A stretch of 64,000 nucleotides of DNA from Veillonella sp. (GTDB taxonomy: Bacteria; Bacillota; Negativicutes; Veillonellales; Veillonellaceae), in the NCBI RefSeq assembly GCF_015058545.1, contig NZ_SVCB01000073.1:2494-66493 (forward strand), written 5' to 3'. The translations under genes were made by a program, and so were the position numbers. The notes under the pieces are model-generated. The model ran no database searches. It had not been told where the DNA came from and was given only the letters and a program-made list of their open reading frames with translations. Below are positions 43,651 through 53,288 of this stretch, piece after piece. Position 1 is the first letter of the stretch; the number at the start of each line of letters is the position of its first letter.

Positions 43651-44303
43651 TATTTTCGCTCCGAAATGGAGGCGAAGTTTTTAATAATAACGATTGGCGT
43701 CATCTGATCATCATTACCAAACGGATTGTCAATCAAAATGCGCGCAATGCGTTTAGGGTCCATACCGCGACTGTGACCGAGGACGGCAGCGCGTTTCAAG
43801 TCATTAACGTCGGCTACTACCGCACCGTAACTGCCGGTACGTTGTACAATGCGTTCCGCCACTTTATCCGCATCTTTCGGACCATACACAATGTGTTTAT
43901 CGAACGGCGGCATTGTGCCTGTTACGTCATCCGTAAGGGCCGCAGCGCGGGAAATTTGGTAAAAAACGCCGTCTTTGCGGAATACTTTAGCGATGGCCCC
44001 CAAAATAAAGGCACCAAATACCTTCCATTTACCGTCAAGTTCCATTGCGGACTGCATGCCGTATACGGAGCTCATAGAGCCTTCAGCCGGTACAAAACGG
44101 CATAACAAGCGAGCCTGCCAAGTAGGACGAAGCTCTTCCGGACGGGTGATGCGGCCCTGCGTAATTGCTACTACAGATTCCGCCACACATACAATATCTT
44201 CCGGCCCGATATCTTTGCCGGCATAATGCATAATTGCTTCTACAATATCATCTCGATGGGTCAGTATACGAGTATGAACCGGTACTAATTCTAAATTTGC
44301 CAT
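43650..44303 (-). CDS. CofE-like (F420-0:gamma-glutamyl ligase/DUF129) protein
   Basis: VAESVVAITQGR, DDVTGTMPPFD, VADVND and DNPFGN...TP motifs. Confidence 0.75.
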   Translation of the reverse strand: MANLELVPVHTRILTHRDDIVEAIMHYAGKDIGPEDIVCVAESVVAITQGRITRPEELRPTWQARLLCRFVPAEGSMSSVYGMQSAMELDGKWKVFGAFILGAIAKVFRKDGVFYQISRAAALTDDVTGTMPPFDKHIVYGPKDADKVAERIVQRTGSYGAVVADVNDLKRAAVLGHSRGMDPKRIARILIDNPFGNDDQMTPIVIIKNFASISERK

Positions 44304-44315
44304 GGTTACTACCTC

Positions 44316-44861
44316 CTACTGCCGCATAGCATGCTGTAATTCTTCAGCGGTCAAAATTAAACGATTTTTAGAAATATGCCAATCACTGCGACCGACAACC
44401 TGGTATACAATATCAATATTCATATCAGGGAAGCCTACCAAATCTTTACGAATATTGCCCGTTTTGGCAGTCAAAATAAGACGCAAGCGAACAGTGCCGC
44501 CTTTGCGCGGTTCGATAATAACAGATTTCCAATACCCGTCATGACGTTCTTCCGCTGCATCGGTCGTCCAAGATGTAATGGATACCTGATCAAACTGTTC
44601 CTGCGGCAACAAATGACGTGGATATAAATCCATGATAGTGCCGTTTTGACGGCCTTTATTGACGAATGGAATATCCGATACCAAGGTTACCTGATTAAAA
44701 CTGATGTCTTCCACTTCAAATTGAGTACGACGTTTAGGTAACATGACAATTTCTTCATTCCCCTGTTTCCAGGCAAAAATACGAAACGCCACAAATAGGA
44801 CGGCAACGATGAAAACAATCGTTACGATTATGTTAACTAATGTGTAAAAATACATATCCAT
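44316..44861 (-). CDS. Membrane-anchored hypothetical protein
   Basis: N-terminal TM helix; RHDGYW motif. Confidence 0.75.
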   Translation of the reverse strand: MDMYFYTLVNIIVTIVFIVAVLFVAFRIFAWKQGNEEIVMLPKRRTQFEVEDISFNQVTLVSDIPFVNKGRQNGTIMDLYPRHLLPQEQFDQVSITSWTTDAAEERHDGYWKSVIIEPRKGGTVRLRLILTAKTGNIRKDLVGFPDMNIDIVYQVVGRSDWHISKNRLILTAEELQHAMRQ

Positions 44862-44880
44862 ATACTGCTCCCTTATAGTT

Positions 44881-45699
44881 TTATAGTGTAATAATCCGAA
44901 CGTTGAAATCTTCCGGCGGAATCAATATTGAAGTCATGCGCTCAGCCAATTCTTTGTCTTTGGTAAAACAAATATCCAGCTTGCCTTTAGCTTGCTGCGG
45001 ATTCAAGAGTTGCTGCGCCGCCAATATATCTTTCACTTCTTCAGCTGTTTCGTAGGCCGGGTCGATAAATGTCTTATCCCCGCCCGACATGTGCTGCATC
45101 AAATCCATCAAAAACGGAAAATGTGTACAGCCCAAAACAACGGTATCGGAACCACTCTTTATAATCGGATCCAAATACTCTTGAAGCGATGAATGAACAA
45201 TATGGTCATCCAAGTGACCCTGTTCAATCAGATGGGCCAAATCAGGGCAAGCCTGTTCCCATACAGCAACAGCAGGCTGTAACACATGCGCTTCTTCAAT
45301 ATGTTTGTGACTATCAATAGTAGCCTTGGTAGCCATGACGGCAATCTTCTGAGTCTGACTCGTATCAATAGCGGTCCGCACACCTTTGGCCATACCTACC
45401 ACGGGAAAGTCAAAGGTAGCTTGTAATTCATCCAAGGCCACCACGGAAAAGGTGTTGCACGCAACTACCGCCATTTTCACAGGCACCTTGGCTAAAAAAT
45501 GACCGATATTCATAGCAATCTGACTGATTTCTTCCTTAGGTCGATTGCCAACCGGATTATTCATATTATCGCCAACAAAAATAAAGTCTTCATGGGGAAA
45601 CATCCGTCGCAATACGGCTAATACGGTTAATCCCCCGACCCCGGAGTCAAATACTCCGATAGGTCTTTTAGAGGCCTCGGTTGCGGCTGCTTTACTCAT
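44881..45699 (-). CDS. murI: Glutamate racemase
   Basis: GVFDSGVGGL, VACNT and LGCTHFP motifs. Confidence 0.9.
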   Translation of the reverse strand: MSKAAATEASKRPIGVFDSGVGGLTVLAVLRRMFPHEDFIFVGDNMNNPVGNRPKEEISQIAMNIGHFLAKVPVKMAVVACNTFSVVALDELQATFDFPVVGMAKGVRTAIDTSQTQKIAVMATKATIDSHKHIEEAHVLQPAVAVWEQACPDLAHLIEQGHLDDHIVHSSLQEYLDPIIKSGSDTVVLGCTHFPFLMDLMQHMSGGDKTFIDPAYETAEEVKDILAAQQLLNPQQAKGKLDICFTKDKELAERMTSILIPPEDFNVRIITL

Positions 45700-46114
45700 G
45701 ACTCTTTCTCTCCTTTATGGTGCGGCTGATTGGCTCATAATAGGTATCGCTTAAGCGAATTACCTTCCCCGTCGCCTTGTCGGTAAACACATTCTGCGTC
45801 TCACCGGTTGCTATCAAAGCACCATCCGCTTCACGCACTATACGATACGTAAAAACACATTGCGCTCGTGTTACTTTAGCAGGCGTTACTTCAACGGTCA
45901 ACACATCATCAAAGCGAGCCGGCAGCTTATATTCACAAGCCACTTTTGTAATCGGGAAAACAATCCCGTTATCCATCATATCCCACAGGGAAATGCCACA
46001 GGTTCTGAAAAATTCCACCCGGCCTAACTCAAACCATCGCAAGTGATTGGTATGGTGAGCTACTTCCATCATATCAGTTTCATAAAATCGTACCTGCAAT
46101 GATGTGGTAAACAT
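45692..46114 (-). CDS. Acyl-CoA thioesterase (YbgC/FadM hot-dog fold)
   Basis: VRFYETDMM.V.HH.N.LRWFE.GR motif. Confidence 0.9.
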   Translation of the reverse strand: MFTTSLQVRFYETDMMEVAHHTNHLRWFELGRVEFFRTCGISLWDMMDNGIVFPITKVACEYKLPARFDDVLTVEVTPAKVTRAQCVFTYRIVREADGALIATGETQNVFTDKATGKVIRLSDTYYEPISRTIKERKSHE

Positions 46115-46187
46115 ATACTCATTTCACCTCTCATTACTATAAAATAATTCACCCTTCATTGTACGCCACCAATAGGTGGCTGTCAAA

Positions 46188-46348
46188 CTATTGTAAACGC
46201 CATGACCTAATACCATTCACTCAGCTTGGTTAATCAAGGCAGCCTATTGCAAGCCGCCGTGACCTAATGCCATGCACTCAGCTTGGTTAATCAAGTCAGC
46301 CTATTGCAGGCCGCCATGCCCCAAAGCAATGCAGTCGGCTTTCGTAAT
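46188..46348 (-). repeat. 57-bp tandem copies of the 3' end of the MoeA-like gene
   Basis: GACCTAA at 46204 and 46261; copies read INQAECMALGHGGLQ* versus ITKADCIALGHGGLQ* in the gene. Confidence 0.9.
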
Positions 46349-47290
46349 CGGATCATCCGATGCCAACCGTGGTAAAAAGACATCAAAGGCCGTCGGTTTG
46401 CTGAATAAAACACCGCCCGGTAGGCCTACAAGCGGTGTGCCGTCACTCATATAGGCTATACATACCATGGAGCCCGGTAAAACCGGCAAGCCATATGTCA
46501 CCACATGAGCCGCACTCTTGGCAATCGCGCCCGGCGTCAAATCATCGGGATCCACACTCATGCCACCGGTGCAGAAAATAATATCCGCCCCTGCGTCTTT
46601 TACCGATTTAATGGCGGCCATAATTTTATCCGTATCATCAATAACAATCTCATGCGCTACGATTTTCATACCAAACGGTTCTGTCCGTTCTTCAATAATC
46701 GGGCGGAACGCATCTTGAATGCGACCTCTGGCCACTTCCGAGCCGGTCGTTACAAGACCGATACGTTTTCTCACGAAAGGTTTTACCGTAAGGAGCGGTT
46801 GACCTTGCCAAATAGCCTTAGCCTGTTCAAGTTGCACTTTAGGGAGCCACAAAGGGATGCAACGCATACCGGCTAATTTATCACCACGCTTAACCGCCGT
46901 ATTAGTGAATTTGGTAACGATTGTAAGGTCGCCTATACTGTTAACCGCCTGCAATCGGGCCACATCAATTTTGAGCATCCCATCCCAGGTTGCAAACGCT
47001 TCAATTTTGCCTTCGCGGACCTCGGATGCATAAATACTGTCATTATCTAATAAGGCGTATAAGCCCACCGCTACATCTTCTTCATGCAATGTATCGGCCA
47101 ATACCTTCTCATCACCCGGCTCCTGCACAAAGATGTGCTCCTTGCCTAATGCTAATAAAGCCGGAATATCTTCTTCACGAATGACGTGACCGCGACGAAA
47201 TGGCGTATCTTTAACTTCGCCAATAACTATACGCGCTATATCATGACATAAAACTTGGCCGACAGCTTCCTCAACGGCTACTTTTTTCAT
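46301..47290 (-). CDS. Molybdopterin-binding MoeA-like protein
   Basis: LCHDI, VTTGSEV, TGGMSVDPDDLTP, PVLPGSM and LGHGGL motifs. Confidence 0.85.
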   Translation of the reverse strand: MKKVAVEEAVGQVLCHDIARIVIGEVKDTPFRRGHVIREEDIPALLALGKEHIFVQEPGDEKVLADTLHEEDVAVGLYALLDNDSIYASEVREGKIEAFATWDGMLKIDVARLQAVNSIGDLTIVTKFTNTAVKRGDKLAGMRCIPLWLPKVQLEQAKAIWQGQPLLTVKPFVRKRIGLVTTGSEVARGRIQDAFRPIIEERTEPFGMKIVAHEIVIDDTDKIMAAIKSVKDAGADIIFCTGGMSVDPDDLTPGAIAKSAAHVVTYGLPVLPGSMVCIAYMSDGTPLVGLPGGVLFSKPTAFDVFLPRLASDDPITKADCIALGHGGLQ

Positions 47291-47459
47291 GAAAACCTCC
47301 TCTATAAATCATATGTTACAACAAAACCCAAGCTACTTGAATCTCATTAAAACATAATCTATACAAAACTAGATATTTTAATTAAAAACAGGCTTACTTT
47401 GTCCTCTCCTCAAAAACTTTTATGCATTTAATTAAGTGTTTAGGCGTAAAGCCTTTTTA

Positions 47460-47591
47460 AACGCACAAAAGCCTCGGCATATGCCGAGGCTTTTGTGCTT
47501 GAGAAAAAAGAGAGAGAGAACATTTGAATCACATTCAAATGTTAAGGGGCTTGGGGAGGTGCCCCGAGATATGACTCTGCGGTCACATCCT
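47460..47591 (-). ncRNA. Putative ~130-nt small RNA
   Basis: Own promoter, three hairpins, a CU-rich tract and an intrinsic terminator; no ORF. Confidence 0.6.
47463..47498. terminator. Strong bidirectional terminator
   Basis: GCACAAAAGCCTCGGC-ATAT-GCCGAGGCTTTTGTGC perfect stem. Confidence 0.85.
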
Positions 47592-47597
47592 GAAATG

Positions 47598-47626
47598 ATT
47601 ATAGCAAACTGTAAGAAAAAAGTAAA
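47598..47626 (-). promoter_or_regulatory. Sigma-A promoter with extended -10
   Basis: TTTACT-17 bp-TATAAT with TG at the extended position. Confidence 0.7.
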
Positions 47627-47743
47627 CAGTTGTTATGCAAATTTTGCACTTTTTTCATGCAAATTTTTTAAATTTGTCTATCCGGTGCAAACTTCATCTT
47701 ACAAAACGCTTCTATCAAGTTCCCAACTCCGGCATCAAAAGTC

Positions 47744-48439
47744 TTATAAACCAAATTTCTTGGCTCGTAAATCGGCATGTGCTTTTTTAAATACAAAAGC
47801 ATTGCGAATATGTTTACGCATCGCCTGTTCGGCTGCTTCACCATCGTGATTGCGAATCGCCGCCATAATTTCATCATGCTCCCGATTACAAGAGTCGGTA
47901 CGGGCTTGATCCATGGTACTGATGTACATGTCACGATTTACCATTTCACGGAACTCGCCCAAATAATCCATAACCCGTTCATTTTGTGAAAAGAAAGAGA
48001 TTAACGTATGCAAACGACTGTTGATTTGAACACGCTCTTCCGCATCCGTCGTAGCAGAACCGGCATCGCAAAGAGCCTGTAATTCTTCAATCTGTTCATC
48101 CGTGCACAATTCGGCACACAAACGAGCTCCCAAACCTTCCATCACTTCACGGCACTGATACATGCCGATAATTTCTTCCGGTGTATACCCTTTAACCGTT
48201 ACACCTTTCCAAGGTTTGATGACTACCAAATTATCTTTAGCCAATTTACGAAACGCTTCGCGAACCGGTGTGGCACTTACATTAAGCTGTTCCGCAATTT
48301 TCACTTCGTTCAGCTTCACCTGTGGTTTCAACGCGCCCGTCAAAATGGCTTGCTTCAATGTAACATATACCTGTTCGCTCAATGGCAAACGGCCAATGGA
48401 ATCAATAGAATTAAGATGATATTCTTCTTGTTTACCCAT
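47744..48439 (-). CDS. GntR family regulator (FCD domain)
   Basis: LNVSATPVREA HTH; REVMEG and EHDEIM.AI motifs. Confidence 0.9.
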   Translation of the reverse strand: MGKQEEYHLNSIDSIGRLPLSEQVYVTLKQAILTGALKPQVKLNEVKIAEQLNVSATPVREAFRKLAKDNLVVIKPWKGVTVKGYTPEEIIGMYQCREVMEGLGARLCAELCTDEQIEELQALCDAGSATTDAEERVQINSRLHTLISFFSQNERVMDYLGEFREMVNRDMYISTMDQARTDSCNREHDEIMAAIRNHDGEAAEQAMRKHIRNAFVFKKAHADLRAKKFGL

Positions 48440-48634
48440 AGTAAATCCTCTACTTTCGCGAATAGCACTCAGCCTACTCTTTGTAGTAACAGTCAATCTT
48501 TAGTATACTATAATGCATAAATACTTTATAATAGATAGTACAAGGCTGTATGCTTATTTTCTGCAGACTATATTAATCTAATTATAAAGGTAAGATCTGC
48601 AAAGCGTCAACTAAAATACAACGGGAGAACATAC

Positions 48635-49537
48635 ATGAGTCGCTGTTTAGTTATAATAAATCCTGTCTCAGGCGGAGGTCGTGCTACCCAGTATGCCATG
48701 GAGCTGCAATGGCAACTAAGCACCCTCTTTGATCATATGGAAATTAAATTTACCACCAAGGCCGGCGATGCTACGCAGTTTGCCAAATATGCCACGGAGA
48801 ACGGCTACGATTCCGTATTCTGTATGGGCGGCGACGGCACTATTAATGAAACGGTGAATGGTATTGCTCAAGGTGGCGGTAAAGCCAAGTTTGGCTTTGT
48901 GCCGGTCGGTACGGTCAACGATATGTCGCGCGCCCTCGGCATTCCCCTAGAGCCCTTAGCCGCCATTCGCGCGTTAAAAAACAGTAAAATCCGCAGCGTC
49001 GATATCGGCCGTTGCAACGATCAATATTTTTGCAACAACATCGCCGCCGGCGTTATTCCTAAAGTAGTAGAAGAAGTCACCCCTAAAGAAAAACAACTCC
49101 TTGGCCCTTTGGCCTATTTTGTTAAAGGGGGGCAAGCCCTTTTCACCACCAAGGATTACAGTTTTCACATTCAAACGGATGACCACGATTTTACCATCCG
49201 CTCGCCATTGGTAATCGCATTGCTTACCAATGTAGTGTCCAGTTTTGAAAAATTCATGCCTCAAGCTTCGGTTGATGACGGCTATATGCGCATCATCATC
49301 TTCAAAGAGTACTTCATCATGGACATATTGCGTATCTTACCGCTTATCTTGCGTGGATCGATTTACACGTCAAAATATGTAACGATTTTAAAAGTGCGCA
49401 AAGCCAAAATCACCTTGCTCGACGACATCGAATTGCCTACCAATATGGATGGCAACAAGGGCCCGCTCATGCCGGTTGATTTAGAAGTATTGCCGGGCTT
49501 CTTACAAGTGTATGTGCCGAATAAAAAAGACAAATAA
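48635..49537 (+). CDS. Diacylglycerol kinase family lipid kinase
   Basis: INPVSG, GGDGTINE and PVGTVND motifs. Confidence 0.9.
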   Translation: MSRCLVIINPVSGGGRATQYAMELQWQLSTLFDHMEIKFTTKAGDATQFAKYATENGYDSVFCMGGDGTINETVNGIAQGGGKAKFGFVPVGTVNDMSRALGIPLEPLAAIRALKNSKIRSVDIGRCNDQYFCNNIAAGVIPKVVEEVTPKEKQLLGPLAYFVKGGQALFTTKDYSFHIQTDDHDFTIRSPLVIALLTNVVSSFEKFMPQASVDDGYMRIIIFKEYFIMDILRILPLILRGSIYTSKYVTILKVRKAKITLLDDIELPTNMDGNKGPLMPVDLEVLPGFLQVYVPNKKDK

Positions 49538-49586
49538 ACGCTAACCTATAGCAAACTCGCATTAAAACTTCAATCAATGCATGTAA

Positions 49587-49618
49587 AAACGCCGTTCAAC
49601 TCGTACTGAACGGCGTTT
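49587..49618. terminator. Bidirectional terminator
   Basis: AAACGCCGTTCA...TGAACGGCGTTT. Confidence 0.8.
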
Positions 49619-49695
49619 ATTTATTTCCATATTAGTTTGAACGCTACACGTTACATCTCCCGTAGCGGCTCTGTAGTGATTTATTGCCAAGGGGC

Positions 49696-50118
49696 TTATT
49701 TATACATCCAAACATGGGGACAACCTTCTTCGTCGAATTCTTCCCCGGCCGCCGTATAACCAAGCGTTTCATAGAATCCTTTAGCCCGCACTTGAGCCGC
49801 TAACTTAGTCTTTTGACCACCCATAACGCGGATAAAATCTTCCGCCGCCAAGAGAATCTTAGCCCCCAGTTGCTGACCGCGGTGCGTTTTCATAACAGCC
49901 ACTCGGCCGATGATAAACGTGGCTTCATCTTCTTTATCTCTGAAAAATCGACAGGTACAAACCGGTTCATTTTCAACAAAACCTACCAAATGAGCGGCTT
50001 CCGTATTATCTATTTCGTCAAACTCTTCTTGAAAACCCTGTTCCTCTACGAATACGGCTTGGCGAATCGCGCGCGCCTCAGCCGGCAATTCAGAATAAAT
50101 TTCTACTTTCCACGTCAT
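49696..50118 (-). CDS. GNAT acetyltransferase (YjcF/ElaA-like)
   Basis: IRQAVFVEEQ, IGRVAV, RGQQLG and FYETLGY motifs. Confidence 0.9.
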   Translation of the reverse strand: MTWKVEIYSELPAEARAIRQAVFVEEQGFQEEFDEIDNTEAAHLVGFVENEPVCTCRFFRDKEDEATFIIGRVAVMKTHRGQQLGAKILLAAEDFIRVMGGQKTKLAAQVRAKGFYETLGYTAAGEEFDEEGCPHVWMYK

Positions 50119-50130
50119 ACTGTAACTCCT

Positions 50131-51501
50131 TTATTTATTCCGAATCATAGACGGAATAATGCCTACTACACAAAAGGCCATAAATACCATTAAACTGTAT
50201 TGAATATTAGCCAACAATACGGCCTTATCTACATTAGCAATAGCCGTTCCGGCTGCCCCGGTATTACGGGCCAAAATAGATGCCACAATCGCCATACTAA
50301 GCACCTGTCCCAACAGGCGAACCGTGCTGATGACAGAACTGGCCATGCCAAAATAAGCGGGCGGCACCGAGCCCATGATAGCGTTATTATTCGGTGCCGA
50401 GAACATGGCAAACCCGATACCTACAATAATCAAGGCTGTAATAATAAGAGCTGTCGATGAGAGATTCATGGCCGTCCACATCACGAGGAGCCCTACGGCA
50501 ATAACGCCCATCCCGGTAGATGCCAAAACGGCGGAGCCGTAGCGATCGGATAAGGACCCCATAACCGGTGACAAGGCAGCCATTACAATGGATTGAACCA
50601 AGAGGAACCAACCGGCCGTTTCCGAATCATAGCCCATAATCATCTGCAAATATAGGGATAATAAAAAACCAATCGCAAAGGTTGCGCTATAATTCAGCAT
50701 GGATGCCAAATTAGAAAACGCAAACGTCTTGTTTTCCAGAAAAATACGTACCGGTAAGAGCGGTTTAGCCACACGGGCTTCGTGCCAAATATATATAATC
50801 GTCGTCACAATACCGGCTCCGAAAATATACTTAGCCACCGGCATTTTTACAATCTCCGATAGGCCGTAAAGCCCCATAACCAACGATGCGGCGTACAGCA
50901 AAATGCTAACCGGATTCATATTGCCCTGCTCTTTATTTACCCAATCTTCTTTCATAAAAAGGATTGTCATTATGGTCGCAATCATACCGAGAAACGCGAT
51001 AAAGTAAAAAATACTTTGCCAGCCGAAGCGATAGTTCAAAAAACCGCCGATAACCGGTCCCACCGCCAAGCCGATATACACTACCGCTACATTCATACCC
51101 ATAGCCCAGCCGCGCCGTTCCGGCGGAAACACTAAGGCAATAATCGCGGTCCCCGTAGAGAACAGCATAGCTGCCGCAATTCCCTGCAGCCCGCGCAAAA
51201 CCATGAGCCAATGAATAGTCGGCGCAAAATGGATAACCAACGAGCTCAATGTAAATAATATGGTGCCGATTAAAAATACCTTCTTTTTGCCGATGCGATT
51301 TCCCAATTGACCCATGGGCACCGTAAAAATGGCGCAGGTCAATAGGAATGTTTCAATAACCCAGCTGAGCTCCGACGTACCGGCGTGAAATTCCCGACCG
51401 ATATCCGGCAGCGACATATTCAAGGAACTGCCGCAGAACGGCGTCAAAAACGACGCAATCATGACGATGATTAATATTTGATTACTTCTGTTGACAGCCA
51501 A
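50131..51501 (-). CDS. MFS drug transporter (DHA2-like)
   Basis: About 14 TM helices; RGLQGIAAA and GPVIGG motifs. Confidence 0.85.
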   Translation of the reverse strand: MAVNRSNQILIIVMIASFLTPFCGSSLNMSLPDIGREFHAGTSELSWVIETFLLTCAIFTVPMGQLGNRIGKKKVFLIGTILFTLSSLVIHFAPTIHWLMVLRGLQGIAAAMLFSTGTAIIALVFPPERRGWAMGMNVAVVYIGLAVGPVIGGFLNYRFGWQSIFYFIAFLGMIATIMTILFMKEDWVNKEQGNMNPVSILLYAASLVMGLYGLSEIVKMPVAKYIFGAGIVTTIIYIWHEARVAKPLLPVRIFLENKTFAFSNLASMLNYSATFAIGFLLSLYLQMIMGYDSETAGWFLLVQSIVMAALSPVMGSLSDRYGSAVLASTGMGVIAVGLLVMWTAMNLSSTALIITALIIVGIGFAMFSAPNNNAIMGSVPPAYFGMASSVISTVRLLGQVLSMAIVASILARNTGAAGTAIANVDKAVLLANIQYSLMVFMAFCVVGIIPSMIRNK

Positions 51502-51656
51502 ATTAAAACCTCCCAATCGTACTGTTTCACTGCCAAAACAAAAACCTATACCCTAATCCTATTATCTTGCCGGACACCCCGGCAAAACTATACAGCTTCG
51601 AACCGAATCTTAATTTTTTAAATTAACAACAGGTGCAAACCGTCATATTATGAACA

Positions 51657-52262
51657 TTAACAACAGCTGCAAACTGCCATAGAGTCAAGTTCCGCATGGG
51701 GCTTATTACCGTCTACCAATAAAGTCAGCTTACTGGTGTAAGGATTTAACATGAGACCATGGATTTTAACATCATTTGGAATAAGTGGATTCTGACGAAG
51801 CTGTGCTACCGCTTTAATTACATTCTGTTCAGAATGACAGAAGTTATTAGCCCAGCGATCCATTTCACAACGAATCATGGTAATCGCTTCCGGCGAAATA
51901 CCGCGGTCAATCATGCGCTTAGAAAGTTCATCGGGACAAGTTTTTTCCATGCCGCAGTCTTCATGACCGACAATGAAAATTTCTTTGGCGCCCAATTCGT
52001 AAATACTTACCACAAGACTGCGAATAACATCACTAAACACATCGGTAATGCAGTTGCCGGCTACACGAATGACGTTAGCATCGCCACGGTCAATGCCCAT
52101 CGTGCGTTCCAATAAATCAACAAGACGCGTATCCATGCAAGTCAAAATGGCAATATGACGTTGCGGTGTCTTAGGGGACGGCATCCCCGCTTCACCGTAT
52201 TCTTTAATAATATCAGCCACATAAGCTTCATTTGCTTTTAAAACTTCTTCTAATAATGACAT
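51657..52262 (-). CDS. Beta-class carbonic anhydrase
   Basis: TCMDTR and HEDCG zinc ligands. Confidence 0.9.
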   Translation of the reverse strand: MSLLEEVLKANEAYVADIIKEYGEAGMPSPKTPQRHIAILTCMDTRLVDLLERTMGIDRGDANVIRVAGNCITDVFSDVIRSLVVSIYELGAKEIFIVGHEDCGMEKTCPDELSKRMIDRGISPEAITMIRCEMDRWANNFCHSEQNVIKAVAQLRQNPLIPNDVKIHGLMLNPYTSKLTLLVDGNKPHAELDSMAVCSCC

Positions 52263-52408
52263 GTCAGCCACCTCCATAACGGAATACTACTTTCACTATA
52301 ACTATATCACAGTTTTTCGATGTTGGTATCTAAAAAATTTTAATAAATACAAAAAGAGCAGGTCAGACCACCCTGAACCCGCTCTATTAACACCCTTACA
52401 GTATATAA

Positions 52409-52807
52409 TTAAATGAACGCATGTATAAACCAGCTAATCCGTAAGAAAAACATGATAAGCATCAAAAAGCTAACCTCAATGACGAACAGTAACGGGGCTA
52501 ACATATACAAGCCGCCAATGCTTAATAAACTAAAGAGAATAAATTTTGACCTTTGAAACCCTTCACTTTGATTAACTATACGCCAAATTGTAGCAAGTCC
52601 CCAGCCGCTAAGCGTAAAAATAATCATAGTATCAATATGCGGTGCATTTTCGGTACTAAACCATAATGAAGTGCCCAAGGGCATGCCTGCCATGTTAAGT
52701 GTCGCCAAAAATAAAAATATAATCCCTAATGCACTGTTAATGACCGTTCGTTTACTTGGCACCGTTTTAAATTGATCAACATAAAAGAAACATCGTAATA
52801 ATTCCAT
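52409..52807 (-). CDS. Hypothetical membrane protein
   Basis: AAGGAGGAG RBS; several TM helices. Confidence 0.65.
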   Translation of the reverse strand: MELLRCFFYVDQFKTVPSKRTVINSALGIIFLFLATLNMAGMPLGTSLWFSTENAPHIDTMIIFTLSGWGLATIWRIVNQSEGFQRSKFILFSLLSIGGLYMLAPLLFVIEVSFLMLIMFFLRISWFIHAFI

Positions 52808-53066
52808 AGTAGACTCCTCCTTACATTCGCCTATATTGCTAATCACTTTGTACTTTACAATAATAATAGCAAAGCTGACGGACATAGGATTGTCCCGGTA
52901 AACAGACTTTTAATTTTTATCCTATTTTATGCGTTCTTTTATACGTTAAAAATATTATGTAATGAAAAATAAAAATTTTGCCATTACCAGCCCGACAAGA
53001 GGCGATTAAGAGCACAAACTATTTACAAACCTTTACAAACTTGATAAAATGAACGAGTACAAACAT

Positions 53067-53140
53067 GCGGCCGTAGTTCATCGGTAGAACGACGGCTTCC
53101 CAAGCCGTAGAGGTGGGTTCGATTCCCATCGGCCGCTCCA
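53067..53140 (+). tRNA. tRNA-Gly(CCC)
   Basis: Acceptor stem GCGGCCG/CGGCCGC, anticodon arm ACGGC-TTCCCAA-GCCGT, T-loop GTTCGATTC, encoded CCA. Confidence 0.95.
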
Positions 53141-53258
53141 ACCTTAAAATATTATTTTTGAAATATTGCACTATATTGCAAAGTGTTGCAAAGGCATATA
53201 AAATAAGTCTTCTTTGAAAACTTGATATATTATAGTATTGCATAATATTGAAAGCATT

Positions 53259-53288
53259 TGCCCCCATTTTGCCCCCACAAGTGCCCCC
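53259..53288. repeat. TGCCCCC x3; candidate integrase arm-type sites of the att junction
   Basis: Copies at 53259, 53270 and 53282, about one helical turn apart. Confidence 0.55.

Noticed and set aside
46188..46348. DGR template/variable repeat or CRISPR
   Set aside because: Differences are not adenine-specific, no reverse transcriptase is in the window, and there are no spacers.
47300..47600. Moco riboswitch upstream of the MoeA-like gene
   Set aside because: Does not match the Moco motif as I know it; own promoter plus terminator fits an sRNA better.
47436..47849. 137-aa plus-strand ORF
   Set aside because: Runs through a terminator and the antisense of GntR; no RBS or recognisable domain.
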